DNA of 64,000 nt from Yuukianura sp. NJ FZ-2021. Taxonomy: Eukaryota. Positions 35,975 to 49,946 of this stretch are shown piece by piece. The translations under genes and the position numbers were made by a program. How positions within the stretch are numbered: the first letter of the stretch is position 1; every line of letters starts with the position of its first letter. The DNA lies in contig CM102289.1 in NCBI GenBank assembly GCA_046563655.1, forward strand, positions 4,278,001 through 4,342,000. Reading direction: 5' to 3'. A model generated the notes under the pieces. The model saw nothing but the letters and a program-made list of their open reading frames with translations. It made no database searches and had not been told where the DNA came from.

Positions 35975-38900
35975 AATACGGGTTTGATTTCTTTGAGAAA
36001 TCAGATCAAAAGTCCAGAAAATAAATGTATCAATTCCAAGCTTATCTCCAAGAAAGAAAAACTTTGAAAAGTTAGAACAAAAGTTTTCAAACTTTCACTG
36101 CTTTCACCCCCTTCAGTTTTAGAAACTTTGAAATTCAAGATTTGAGAACCGTTTCTGCATTAATTCACTTTTGTTTCTGATATCCTTGAGAAAATCTTGT
36201 GTTAAATGTGATGAATAGTTGAAAAGTACTTCACTATTCTTGTCTCCACAAGAATTTAAAATTCTGAAGTGCCAACCAGATTCCGACTGGCGAGGGAATT
36301 ATATCTCGGACATTTCTCTCTGCTTGGTTGAATTTGTCGAAAACTTTATGGGGTTGCCTCCACTATTTGGCAGAATCAACTGAAAACAGTTTTTGTTCCT
36401 TTCGGGGTTGTTGGGCTTGACTTGATTTTTAGTTTCCATCTCGCGCATGAATCTCCTGAGCAGCATTCGTTGGTTGTGGACGCATTTTGGTTAGTTTTCC
36501 CGAACAAGTCCGCCGTGTATTCTTCTAATGTTATTTCTTTCCAATGGAAAACGCCCCAATGTTTCCCAAACAGCCGTGGAAACTTTGGTTGTTGAAGGGG
36601 GGAGGAGTGGGGAAATAACACAGAAAGCACTTCTATTGGCTCCATTCTCACAGTAGACATGCTACTACACAAGGATCCGCCCTGCCCTTCCTGCAATGGC
36701 ACTACAGGCCTCCGAAGGATCCATCTTCCCGCAACACCTTCGCAGAAAAAATTTACTTCTACAAACAGTAATTCACTACTCGACACACACAGTTAGTTAT
36801 TTCAAACAGCAAAATGTATACACGGCGCTTTTCAAAACATTTTTTCACATTAAACAAACTTGTCGTTTTCTACAATATTTTCAACTACGAATTCATTTCA
36901 AAGTAGTTGCGTACAAAATAATAATATATGTATTGTAAAGCGTTACATTTCCTTGGTAAGGTACATTACAACGGTAACCTCATTTCCACCGTACAAGCTA
37001 AAACAATAAAATAACTACTACCGACTAAAACAATCAACAACAAACAGTATCACTGTATTTCATGCATTTCCTAAAAATTTGTTTTAGTGAAGCGTATCCT
37101 ATCTGAATTTACATTGGAAAGGCATATTTAAAAAATTCACCCAAGAAATCCCGGTTAGATTTTTTTGAATCTGAAAAATCAGAACGTGTTCTACACACTC
37201 ATTTTGGAAATTGACCGAAGCTGAATGTTACTAAAATAGATTTACCAGACCACAACTTAACACTTTTTGAAAAGTTTGAAAAATAAACCAAATATTTTCA
37301 TTTTGTTGCATTGTTACTTTCCTCCTGTACCAGGTGCAGTTGACCGAGTGAAAGGATTAAGCGTAAATATTTTGACAAGGAAAATTGAAACGAAAGTGAC
37401 AGGCGTTTAACAATGTAATCTATGGTTAGGTTGGGACAACTCTGTTGTAATCTGTAGTAGATCTGTACTATAGTATTTAGAAACTTTTGGATCTACTCAA
37501 TTTACAGTACTCACGCAGGTTTTACGCACTGCTTGGTCAGATACAAAAAATAAACTCCAAATAAGTTTTAGTATTTAACACTAATTTTTTACCTTAACTT
37601 ATCATTTAATTAAAGTAAAGGAAAAGTTTGCCTCATATATTATGGCATGTGCTTCATTTATTACTTGAATGCTAAAACCCATGCTCTGTAAATGGAGGAC
37701 GTATGAACAAACATCGTTTACAAAAAAGAAGCTAATCATTTTTAAAAGTGAATTTAAAAAAAATTAAATTTCACTTTTTGGTGGACGGAAGAAATTGGTG
37801 AAAATTTTGTTAATACCATTAAATTTCAACTGCATCAAAGATGGATATACTATTTTTATCGCACCAATTTCGGTATTTTATAACCGTTATCTGCTGGTAA
37901 AAATACAATTAAATCAGTAATGTATTCGAGAATACTTTTCCTATTCGCATCATAAATTCCTTTGCTCATAAACTAATGTTGTAGAGTTTTATTTATTTAC
38001 CAATTGCCAAAACATAAAGTTGCAATTTTAGTTCCTCATTCGCTTCCCGAATTCAACAATTTCTGAAATACTTTCGACGACTTCGTTTTTTTTCTGTTAC
38101 AATACAAAGTATTGTGGTTGTATTTCAACAACAGTAATACTTGAAAAAAAAAACCTTACAGTTTTTGAAAACATCAGGTCAAAAATGCTTGTGTATAAAA
38201 GAAATTGAAAATATGGGCAGTCATTTTGATGCAGTACGAGAAGAAACTTGGAGTAAATTCTTCCAAGATTAAAAGACGTTTTATCAAGTGCACAAAGTAA
38301 ATAAGCAACTTAATGTTATTTTGAAATATTTTGTTTTCACAAGATCATGAACTTACCAAGGTAAACCAGGATAGAAAAGATTTAGAGTGTCAGAACAAAT
38401 TGCTTACACAAATAAATAGGTTTCTATTCGTTTTTTCTTCCTATTTTGCTTTTCTGTTCGTTTAGAAAAATATGTGACGAGAAGGCGTGACTGTTGTCAC
38501 TCAAGTCTAAGCTGTAACCCGACCCTTCAGATCCCTTAGCGCTATATGCTTCAAGCCCTTATGCTTTATTCCCTACATCTCTTTTGATTGTTTCCCTAGA
38601 ACAGCACTTTGAAATGAATCATACCTACAAGAGCTAAAAAAAACGGAGAATAAATTGACATGTCTCAGTTTTGTCCAAAAGTAGGCAGTTCTTAGGTAAT
38701 TTTGTCTAAAAAACATTTTTTAAAGAAATTTTTTAAGGTGATAAGGCTTACACTTTTCAAAAGGAAATTTAAGAGCGGTCTTAAATCTGATAACTGCATC
38801 TTTCCTTTTAATGTTTAAGGAGCTTCTTCAAATTTCCTCATGTGTATACAACATCTTTGAGTCAAAATATGAGTAAATATTTCCTTTTTTCTTAAATGTA

Positions 38901-41900
38901 AGCAATCCGCCTACTTCCTTTAGCCCAAAACGTTCCACCCTTATAAGAGTAGTCAGAATAGAGCAGACTCCTTGAACTGCCGAAGTGACGACGCTGGAAT
39001 TGAACATCAAACCCTCTTGGCCACAATTGTCTCTTTCAATTAGATTCAAAGGGACACTTGAGCTGTCCTTAGAAGGGAAGGCCCTTAAGGACTCAATTGT
39101 TCCTTTGGTTACATCTGAGGTGTCGCTCCAAATGGGCTTCTCATCATCTTTCAAGAAGAAGAATAGACACATCTATTCAGAACGTCAAATGCATAGGGAG
39201 TGGAAGTGTGAACTCTATTTTGAGCATAACAATGAAGAAATGGAACAACAATAGGACATGAATATTTTATCTGTCCGATCATGACGATCCATGTCTTGGG
39301 AATTGGTCCTAATTTACACAACAGTTTCTTCACATCATGCAGTTTCTATTAAATCAATTCCTCATCCGAACAAAGTCTGTCATTACGTTCCTATCCGCTC
39401 CCTTAATAACATACACCGCCACTTGGAAAATTATTTTGGTCGAATGGGAACGAAAGAATGGGTTTTGTGCGTTGTGTAAAAATAGATGCAGTGTGGGTGG
39501 TGACGAGTAGTGGCATATGGCTAATTTGCCATTTGAGAACAATGCTTAAACCTGTTGTCAAGCAAATTGGACAATAAGTGTGAGAAATTTAGTACAGGGA
39601 GAAAGGGAGAAGATGCTAAGGGTGACTGATATCATTAGAAAATGAGATGTTGCTCTGCATTGTAATAAATAGACGCAATATGAATCATTCAGTCCGACGA
39701 CTGTTCAGCATGTTCAAATAGGTTTATTCGGACAGCCCTTTTCTTGTTATATTGGATTATGGCTTCCTAGCTTATCAAAAAGCAGAATTGAAATTGACAG
39801 TCTCTAGAGCATTCTAACGGGTACTTACGTTTCAAACTTCTCCGCTTTTTTAAATTTTATTCTGTAGCACACTATATTCCGTGATTTACGGTATTCTCGT
39901 TTGGATTTGAGTGCGTCATAAGTTGATTTGTTTCTGAGGTTTTTCAATTCGTGCAGCAACAGTAGTTATTTGAACGTAAACAATTTGTACAATGGATTGA
40001 AGCGATTGAAAAGCGAAGCGTGCAGCAGCGTCTTTTCCTTCCGATGTCGATCTCGTTAATACTTGTTGTTAAGTTGGTTTTGGCGTATCTCGGACCTACA
40101 AATCCGTCTATTGAATGGACCCACTCTTCTAAAACTATTTAATTGTTTCCGACGAGATGTCAACCCCTCCGGTTTGAGCGTATGGAGGGGCAGTTGCTGG
40201 TTTGGTTGAAGTTATTCGCTCTATTTACAGCCTTGTCGTGTGGCGGACTTCCTAGAATTATCATTATCTTTCTACTTGAGCAGATACGACCATCAGATAC
40301 AAATGGAGTCTGTAGAAAGGACAATGACAATAATGGAGTTGCCACAACAAAGATTAGGATTTAGGCGAGACGAAAGTTTGAGCATGCGTTCAAAGATTTA
40401 GTAGTTGAGAAGCCATGACGGAGTTTAGCATTTAATGACCACTGTTTTTTTTTTGTACTGTTTCGAATCATTTCTAGGGTTGCTTTCAAGCCGGTTTCGA
40501 AAACTTCAGAAAAACTTTCCATTTCTTAAAAAAACGGGTTGCTGGGTTAGGTCTCTCAACGCTATGATGACTTTTTCATCAAACTAATCGACAGCAAGTA
40601 TTTGTTTTATAGTTCGAAGTTTTCAAAATTTGAATTCCACCAGTGAATTTTTTTGAACACTTTGATTCTACAAATCTACGAATAATTTTGGTAATAAGTT
40701 CAAACCAACTTAAACTTTAACGCTATTCAGTCAACCAAGAAATCCTCCATACTTTTCGTCCCCTTCGCAAATGCTACATGACAATCCCTGGAGATGATCA
40801 TACAATAATAACAGCAGCAGATCCAGTGGACTCCAATTTCTCATCTCTGCACTTTGACAATATCATTGGACAAGGATCCAAAGTTTCCTTTGGCTTTCGC
40901 CATTCGCTCGAAGCCTTTGAAACATGCTTTCTCAGCTCAAATCTGTCTCTGTAGAGTGGCTTGTAGAAAAAGAAAGCTTTCTCTCCCTCCCCTATCGATT
41001 GAATAGACCGAAAAAATTCTCATATTGAGTTGGAACTGATCTTTCTATTTTTTTCTCAAGATTCCAAATCTAGTTTCAGTGGATTGATATTGTTATAGGA
41101 TAAGATTGACCGAATATTATTTCCACCAAAAATCCAAATCGGACTCACGACTCGCCGTTCCACTCAGTAACAGTGGGGAATAAGTAATTCGGATTTATTG
41201 CAAAACAGTAAAAAAAAAGATATGATGGTTATTTTCAAAACTTTTTTTTTTTGCACGGCTAGTTTTTTGTGTATTTTCTTGTGCTATGTAAAACAAACAC
41301 CTCAATATTGATTAATTCCATCGCTTTCTTTATACTGCTCAACGAACGTTTGTCACCAACTTCGGAAATCAAGTAAAAATTTCCAAATTTCGAAATTCCT
41401 ACTGGTTTTGTTTGAAATTTCAGTTTCCTGCATTATTTGCAAATGCGAAATCAAAATAAAATTTCAACTCCGATATCAAATATCGCGAAGTTCCATCACT
41501 CCAACACGCGCTTAACAAAAGACGATGCGAAAAAAGAGTATTTTCGGTATTATTCTACGTTTAGAGTCTCCACCTAAATTCAAAACCACTCTACTTCTCC
41601 CGGAACTCGGCTTGTGTACGAGGATAGTGCAACGACAGAAAATCTGAAATTGAAAAGTGTACGACGATCGACGAACACGAAGTATTTTGGTTAACTTTCT
41701 TTCATTTCCCGTGAGATTTGAATGACCTGTAAGAAGCAGGGTTTACAAAGCTCCCTTCCATTGGCTTCCATCGGATGCATGCATCCATGAAAGAGGTCTT
41801 GATCCTCTTAACGGTTACAAAAATTAATCAAGAACTTCCTCACCCATTACATTCATATTATCTTACAGATCAGGCTACTTTCCCTTCACTTTCCCCAGAG

Positions 41901-43423
41901 GGAAGCTTTGCGGTGAGCTTTAGCAGGGTCTAATGCTATTAGTACTCCCCATTTGAACATGTGAATATTACATCCTAACATGTCAGTTGAGAGGGCTCCT
42001 TTTGTTCCTGGACGAGATGATATTCCGATTGCTACTCAGCTTGTTACTACACAATTCTTTGTGTCATGCCTCAAAAGCTTTTCAAAACCTAGGCGCACAC
42101 GGAATAGCACAACAAAGGAAAGTGTAATCCGCTTATTTTACAGCTTCATTCTCCAAATATTATATCCAAACTTTGCATTTTTAAACTTCAAACAGTATGC
42201 AGTATGCTCTTTTTGCGAAAAGTCGAAAATCTACCTATTGCTAGTTTTTTGGTTTTAATTACTGTTGCTTCTCATCCTCATCAGTCAATAGTTGAAGTAA
42301 AAAGATGATGCGCAAGATATTTTCAGTTTTTGGATTACAGTACTTTTCGGTTTAGAAAATAAAATTCTGATTTTTTTTTAATTCTAATTTTGAATTCTAA
42401 GTTCTTCTATAAGTGGAATTTTTGTTCAGTTTTTGGTGTTTGACGTTTGAAATCATAGGAAATAGATAAAAGATTTCGGTAAAGGAGGTTAGGCTAGTTA
42501 GTAAAAAGCGAAATAAAATGTGAATAGCTGAAACTTAGGTTACTTAGGTACAACATTTCGCTTTTCATTTCGCAAGCAAGCATTTCATAAGCTTTGCGGA
42601 GAAAGTTGAGCGCTGAGAGCGTCTATTGAAAATCAAACACGACGAACCATAAAAACACGATTGGAGGGCCCTCTTTTTGTAAAAAATCAAATCAGAGGTA
42701 TCGATAGCACCTAATTCATTAATTCATAATGCATTAAACGATTTTGTTCTAGTCCTTCGATTAAACGTTACAATTGAGGAAGTTCTGCTAATATTCTATT
42801 GGCTACTGTCAGACTGCAAAAGTTCTGCTGAAGCTATTGACCTCATAAGACACCTTCATAAGGAAGTAAATTATTTTATTATCGTACGATGAATTTGGCC
42901 AGTAGGTTTATTACTTTACATGGTTCGGCGATACCATGTGACAGACTCTTTACTACCCGCAGATACAATCACTAATGAAACCGATCCAAATTGTCTGTGT
43001 CAACTACACTCAAAAACAGGTTGTTGCGTCGTATAATTCAATAATTCGATTGTATAAAGCGCCGTACTTATAATCTGACTGCATTAGTTAAAAAGTTATG
43101 TATTCCGTTTAACCCAGCGATTTTTTTTTTTTTTTTTTTTTAAAAAACGACCAGCCCTGCCGATGCCGGTAACCCACTCCGTAGTGCAGGTGAAGAAAAG
43201 AGGAAGGAAGGATCGGCGGGATCCCGGGAAGCGTTGAACAATACAAAAACAGAAAATATTCCAGGAAGTCCAAGGCTTTATATGGACTAATAAATTTGAA
43301 CTTAACTACTTCTCAAGAACTGTAAAGTCTGCGCAGAACTGAAAGTGGATTGTTTCCGAGTTCGATTCTGCTGACATTGTCTTGGTTGAGTTTTACCAGT
43401 GAGGTCAGAAAAGAAAACCAAAA

Positions 43424-45186
43424 ATGGCATCTTCCAAAGCGTTGTTTCTGGTAACCCTTCTAGTAATTTCGTGTCAAGCGTTTCCCGAGTACCGAGAAAC
43501 TGGGCAGAAATTGGTGAAAATCAATCAGCATGAAAAGACCAAAAACGTTTTGATGATCATGAAGAAAACTGCAGTTTCGGATGGCGCTGCTGGATCAGCT
43601 CCGAGTGGAATTCCAGACGCTGCTGGATCACCTCCGAGTGGAATTCCAGACGCTGCTGGATCAGCTCCGAGTGTAACTTCAGACGCAAGGACGCATGCGC
43701 AGGCGGAAGCGAGTGCCGAAGAACCCAAAGAAGAGGAGCACACTGGAAAGGGAGCCCCTGTTGTCACCGTATCTCATGTTGGTGGCCAGGAGCATGGCGT
43801 GTCCGTCGACGGAAAATGCGTCAATCCCGCTCCGGACCATCTCGAAGTTTACTACAAATTCGTAAGTGTAATTTCAAATTTTTAATTTTCATTTAAAAAA
43901 ATCTGATTTGTTTTTATAGGCTAAAACCTTGGTGACGCACAGGATGTTCGTTCTGGCATCCAGCGGCTACTATGCTAATCAGGCTTCATTAGTTCTTACT
44001 GGCGAGCCATACAGTGAGGCAAAGGCAAACAAAGCATGCCTTCGCGTTATGTGGGAAAATCATCGGCGTCGTCTCCAAGGCTACGGTCACTCTTCCATTC
44101 TTTCTTGTACCGCTGATGACCTAACTGACATTACATGCTTTCGCGAACAAAATAGAGGTAAGATTTATTCCAATTCACAACTTCCGCTTATACTCGGTTT
44201 GAATTTTTAGATAACATGAATGGAATGTTTATTTTGATAGATGCAAAGCTTCGAATTACGTACGTGTGGAGCGATGGGAAGGCAAATGTCCTGGCGATAA
44301 TGTGTGGAAATGGCCACGGATCTTGGGCAATTCTGTCAAACGAGCGAGAAATCGAGCCACACACGCGTGAAGCCATTTTGCAAATTGTGGAGAGTTACGG
44401 TTTTGATCCAGCAGACGTTGTTGACTACGTGTACACCGAAGAGGACTGTGCCAGCTCTGTCCAGAACCAGTACCGGGAAGGCCACTGCATTGAGAATCCT
44501 GACGACCTGGAAACCATCCCTGCAAGCGAAACACAAGCAGTTAGTATTCCAATGTTACAATAACTGTATAATTCAAATGAATTTGAAAAAAGACACATGT
44601 AACTTACATTTTTTTCTCACGTAGGCTCTGGAAATCCTCCGAGGAGGCGTCTACACACCGTTGTCAAGTTACGCCAATGCCTTCGCAACTGGAATGTTCA
44701 TTCAAGGTCGTCCGGTAAAAACTGTCGATGATTTAACCAACGTCTGTGTCAAGGATACTTGGTTCGACAACGGAGAAATAGAACGGCAAGGTTTCTACAA
44801 CCAGGACGCCTTCTTGGAATGTGACGTTTCAAACTTCAACAGGATGAGTTGCATTCCCAATGAGCAGAAAGCTGACGAAGGATCTGCCAGAATCATTTGT
44901 ACTTAAACATCCAGTAGTTAGTATTTAGTCGCCATCCCTACAAAATAATTGATTACTTTTTTAATTTTCAGACAACCGACACATTAACCCGATCTGGACT
45001 GATGGCGAGAGTTATGTGCTGACTTACAACTGTTTGTCGACCCGATATAAGACATGGTCGTTGCTGTCCTCCTCCAAGGAACCGGTACATCGTGAGGTCA
45101 AGAAATTGGTTCTTGCCAAAATAGCTGACTATGGGTTTGACCCTAATCAGGCCTATGAAGCCAACTACGACAACTGCGCCAACTGA
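43424..45186 (+). CDS. Secreted protein with low-complexity linker and two tandem lipocalin-like (calycin) domains, 5 exons
   Basis: Signal peptide MASSKALFLVTLLVISCQA. Two homologous halves: WSDGKANVLAIMC...SWAILS...YGFDP...Y....C and WTDGESYVLTYNC...TWSLLS...YGFDP...Y..C. Exons 43424-43861, 43920-44157, ~44211-44539, 44625-44898, 44972-45186. Confidence 0.7.
43585..43683 (+). repeat. Coding tandem repeat, 3 x 33 bp (AAGSAPSGIPD)
   Basis: Unit CGCTGCTGGATCAGCTCCGAGTGGAATTCCAGA at 43585, 43618 and 43651 (third copy diverged at its 3' end). Confidence 0.95.
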
Positions 45187-45551
45187 AATTCAATGTAACT
45201 CCAGTTGTAACTTATTCGTATTTATCTAATAAAGTCAAACAGGACCAATTGCAGAACACAAAAATCGTTAATCTTACTTATATCATAGACCTTGCACGTA
45301 CTACTGAAAAGTCTCGATGATTATGCGGAGTATGTTAGAATTTCTTTTAGAATCGTCAAAGAAAATAGAAACCTTGCATCTATTGCAACGGACGAAATGG
45401 TTCTTATTCTCTCGAACACAAAAGTAAAAAAATGTTTTGTTTAGAATTAACTATAATTAAATGAAACAGAAATGGAAGAGTATCCAGAAAAATATGTAGT
45501 ACATAGTGTGTAGGTAAACAAATGAGTAAGAAAGTGTACTTCGGAACTAAT

Positions 45552-48001
45552 TTAGAACTTATCCTTAATTTCGCGCGGAGTCATCCGGAATCCGGGAGCT
45601 GATTTCCCAACTCCAGGGCTCTTGTTCACAGACGCTGCTGGACCCTTCGGCTGGTGTTCGTTCATTGTCGATTGGAAGATGTGTTTGTGGCTCTGAAAAT
45701 AACAAATGAAAAGCCATGAGGAGGCATGGTTTACACCACAATCGAATTAAAGCATAATTTATATAAAAATGCATTGCATGGAGTAAAAAGAACCAATTAC
45801 ACAAAACGAACAGGAAACGAAAAAGAGACGATACATTAAGCATAGAAATTTAGTGCGGACTCACTGTGAATTCAGAATAAGTAGGCGAGGGAAGATTATC
45901 TTTGGAAGTACTTGAACGAAGGGCACGTTTTGGTGTAGCTGGCTGCTCAAAAGAATACATCACGTTAGACGTTAATCAATCGCTCCCAAACTAATCGTAA
46001 TTTTAAAAAATTAGGGATGAACGGGCTTACAGGTTTGGCACTAGTAGGCGTAGTACTAGGCATCATCTTCCCGCGCTTTCCAGCCGGCGTGCCACCACAA
46101 GCACTTGGGGTCATGGGGCGTTTCCGTGTAACATTCATTGTGTTATTAGTTCCTTGTTGTTTCTGAGGAATTTTGATGACCGAGAAAAATAAATAAACAT
46201 GCATCAGTGAATTACCTTTTCGCGTATTTGCACAAGTGAGTGATTGACATTAAGACGAGGCGCTTTATGTTAACGGAAGAATGTTGATCCGTGATGGTTA
46301 CGTTTTGGTTTTTTAGGAGCGCTAACCTTGGAAATCTTCTTTTCCTCCTTTTCGCGGTTGAAGGTGTTCCAATCTTCTGCAATAACGTCCTTCACACTTT
46401 TGTCAAATATTTTGAAATTGGGACAAGACTCAGCCAAACTCGTAATCTCGTTCTCCAGTTTCGGAAGACTTTTCTCTAACCTAAAACAGAACAAAATCAA
46501 CAGGGTTCAAATAATGCTGAGATTGAAAAGAGATGAAAGGAATCCAGATTAGTTGTACTAAAAAGAATACAAAAACTCACAGTTTCTTCTGCTTTTCTTC
46601 TCGAAGAAGTGCTCCACCTCTGTTATTGAACCGATTAGGATCGTCCGCTTTAGCATCATACTCGAGCCACTGGGCCCAAAGTCCTTGTCTCTTACGCCAA
46701 AAAGCCAATAAGTTCTTGTACTCCACCTGGTACGACTTTAGACGTTGAAGTACGTTTTCATGCAAATCCAAGCAGTGTTCACTGGCTTCTACCAGCTCCG
46801 GCAAAACTTTTTCCGTTTTCATGAACAACACCTCCGACAACTGTTCGATCTCAGTGCGAAGCTTGGCGATAAAGTTTTCGAGATTCGACATTTTGTGTTG
46901 TGTGAGTCGCGCATGCTCTGCACGAATCTGCGTCAGAAGGACTCATTTGTATATGAATGCAAGCCAAACGATAAATCATGTGCTTTACTCTGGGAGAGAT
47001 GAGGAAGAGAAAAGAAAAGAAAAATCATTACCTGCACCAAGGCACTAGGAGTGTGACCCGTTGGAATAGAGTTTCCTGTTACTACATTTGGGTCGTCTTT
47101 GAGCAGTCGTTTCAAGTATTCAATCTCAGTGTTTAGTTGTTCAACTTCCACTCGGTTTGCTTCAACTTCCGAATTCAACTTTTTTTCCAGCTCCCTGCAC
47201 AACGCCAAGAAACTCAACGTTAGGAGTGGCGTTTCTTCCATCATAACTTGCTTCTCTAGCTCGCTGAGTGAAGACTTTTCAAGCATTTTCAGTAGTTGTT
47301 TGACGTTGTCCTTCATTTTCCCAAAATCCTTTTTACGATGAGCCTTCTCTGATGTCAACTCATTGAGGCTAGTTTTCACGGCGTCAATCTGTACAAACAA
47401 ACATGAAAATTAACAATCGGACTCATTTATCCGAATTCCTAAAGAAACACTTACGTCGGTTTGTCCGGGAATTCCATCAAACTCTTCCAAGTCTCCGACA
47501 ACATAATCTCCAAGAGATTCTTTAAGAGCCCTTTCCTGCTGTTTTAATAGAAGCCATTCCTTCATTTTCTCGGCCTTCTTTTGTTTGAGAATCTTTTCTT
47601 GCTCGATTAATTCGTCACATTGTGCCATGAGAGTTGTTGCAAGCATTTCCGGTACGCCTTCTTGTAAATCGCGGCTGAGCTTTGCAATAGAATCTTGGTA
47701 ACCTTTCACCTCGTCCTGTTTCTCCTTCAATCGTCTTTCTTCTTCTGTCAGCATCTCGTCGTACAAATCCTAATGACACATAAATTCGTTATAAATATAA
47801 CAGTAGTATTAGACTTATTACAATCAAAGTGGACCTTAAATCAAAAGAACCAGATACCTTGGTGTGCTTAAGCACAGCTTTGTTTCTTTTGTCAAGATTG
47901 GCCTCGGAGAAACCATAGACATTCCACATGGCAGTTAACTTGTCGTAGCATTCCGTGATGAATTCAATTAACTCGGCCCTATGTTCTTGAAGGCTCGGCA
48001 T
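45552..48001 (-). CDS. PRC1: Protein regulator of cytokinesis 1 (MAP65/Ase1 family; fascetto-like), multi-exon
   Basis: Coiled-coil N-terminus (KLTAMWNVYG), signature DPNRFNNRGGALLREEKQKK, basic TP-rich tail and TYSEF motif. ATG at 48001 follows an acceptor. A probable 5' UTR exon ends at 48572. Confidence 0.9.
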
Positions 48002-49946
48002 GCTGTACAAAAAAAAAATTAAAATAAGTAAATGTACTTTGCTTAAAATTTCACAACCGACGATACTAGTAAGGAAAAGGAAACCGCTACACCGTTACCG
48101 TTACACTTAATCCGCGTAGCCTATATCCCATAGCTATAATCCCAGGTTAATTGTTAATTCGGTTTCTCTGTGATGGGACTGACTCGTATCATTCAACCCC
48201 AATGCATTACCCAAACGACCCGACATTAACATTATTTTGGACCAAAGAAGAAAGATGTAAATGCAAAAGATACAGAGGTTCCCAAAACAGTGTTTACAAG
48301 ACTGGACTTAATTCTACGATTAGATTACCTACCTGTCTAATTTCTTGTGTCGTTTATGCAGTCGACTGTATGTTCTTTAACTGGAAAACAACTGATTAAC
48401 TATAACTCAGCTCCCAAAATAAAATCCAACAAATGCACAGGCCGGTCAGGAAGAGTCACTCTCCCGCTTTTCTAACGAACAAAAGAAAACACAAATTTCG
48501 GTTGAAGTAAGCCCATGCTCCATCTATGTAGCCACATAATTTTATGGCAACGAACGGAATTAAATACTTACCTATTCGATAATATTGCAATCAAATACTT
48601 AAAACATTTTTGATACAAGATTATTGATCGCTACAGAACTTAATGCATTAGTTAACGACTGGCTAAAGAAACGACTGGCAATATCCTGTGATCCATATGG
48701 TGAACACAAGAAGGTTTTTACACGTTGCCTCATTCGCAACTTCTCCCGCCGGTAACACTAATCCTCTGATTCCTCTGATATTCAGTCGATAGGTCGGGTT
48801 TAAAGCGCCAGCAAATCATTTTCTTATCGTAATTACAGCTTAGCTCAAAATTTTTGGGTACTTATACTTTTCGTCACACTCTCCTACGTCTTGACAACGT
48901 TTTCCTTGCGCGACGGGTAGCATTGGATAGCGCCTGGTCATCTGCAATATTTAAAGTTTAAAAGAAATGAGAATGTGCAGTAGGGAATTTTTAAAGTTAG
49001 CAGATGACCTTGTTTAGCAACGTAAGTAGTAGTGACTTTTAAGCGGCATGGTCTCTGCTTTTACCTGGCATGTATTAGCTGCGAGCTGATAGCTATCAAC
49101 TATCAGGAATGCAAACAAGATTTTCTGCCACCTATTTTAGATTTCACAAGTTTTTGAAACAGAATTTTCCTTTTTCTTCAGCAAATCCTTAACTCGCCGA
49201 TGCGGAAGATTACAGTGAGCAGCAACTGAACTCCCCTCATAGCTAGCACGTCGTCGGGGGCGTCACTAGAGTCAGAGTGTTAGTGTCACCCGTCCTTGTC
49301 CATCCGGCTCCGGCATTGAGTACATTATCCGTCTCAACTCGCAAATAACCTTTCATAAAATAGTCCGCTTCAATTCAATGGGAGAACAGCTGATCTGTCA
49401 TTTGTTGGTCTCAAAAGTAGTAAGCTACTTTGCTGTTATTTAGGTTTCACGAAGTTAAGTCAGTGTTAGTGGCAGTGGAATGCCTGTGCCAGTTGGACTG
49501 GGCTGAACATTGCTATCAGTTTAAAACTAAACGTTTGTAAATCGTTTGAATTCAGTAGAAATTTTCATTATCGAATTCTTATCTTCTTATCTTACATTCT
49601 TATCGAATTGTGACGTTGCGACTTCAAACACTTCCGCCCCCTCCACGGCCACTCGCGCATATGTGTGCCAGTGGTACGCTTCCCCATCCCCACAATTAGT
49701 TAGATTAAAGCTAAAGCATCTAACTGAAGTGAAGTTTATCAAATTCGAAGTGGACCAGTTGATTGCAGGTTAAAGGTTGTTGAATTTAAGGTAGGTTACA
49801 TGGCACAATGTTACGTCAGTTTTTTCTAATCCGGAGTGATTTTTTTGTCAAACCTGCGTTCCATTTCCCTTCATTTTTATGTCGTATGGTATCGTATCGT
49901 AACTTGTTAAAACTGTGTTTTTATTGATGTAGGTCCGCTCTGGAAA

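Noticed and set aside
36376..42258. Short ORFs upstream of FoxQ2 (e.g. 36376-36786, 38828-39254)
   Set aside because: Mostly non-ATG starts, no recognisable similarity, and no exon structure.
43585..43683. 33-bp repeats as a CRISPR-like array
   Set aside because: Head-to-tail with no spacers, in frame within a eukaryotic coding exon.
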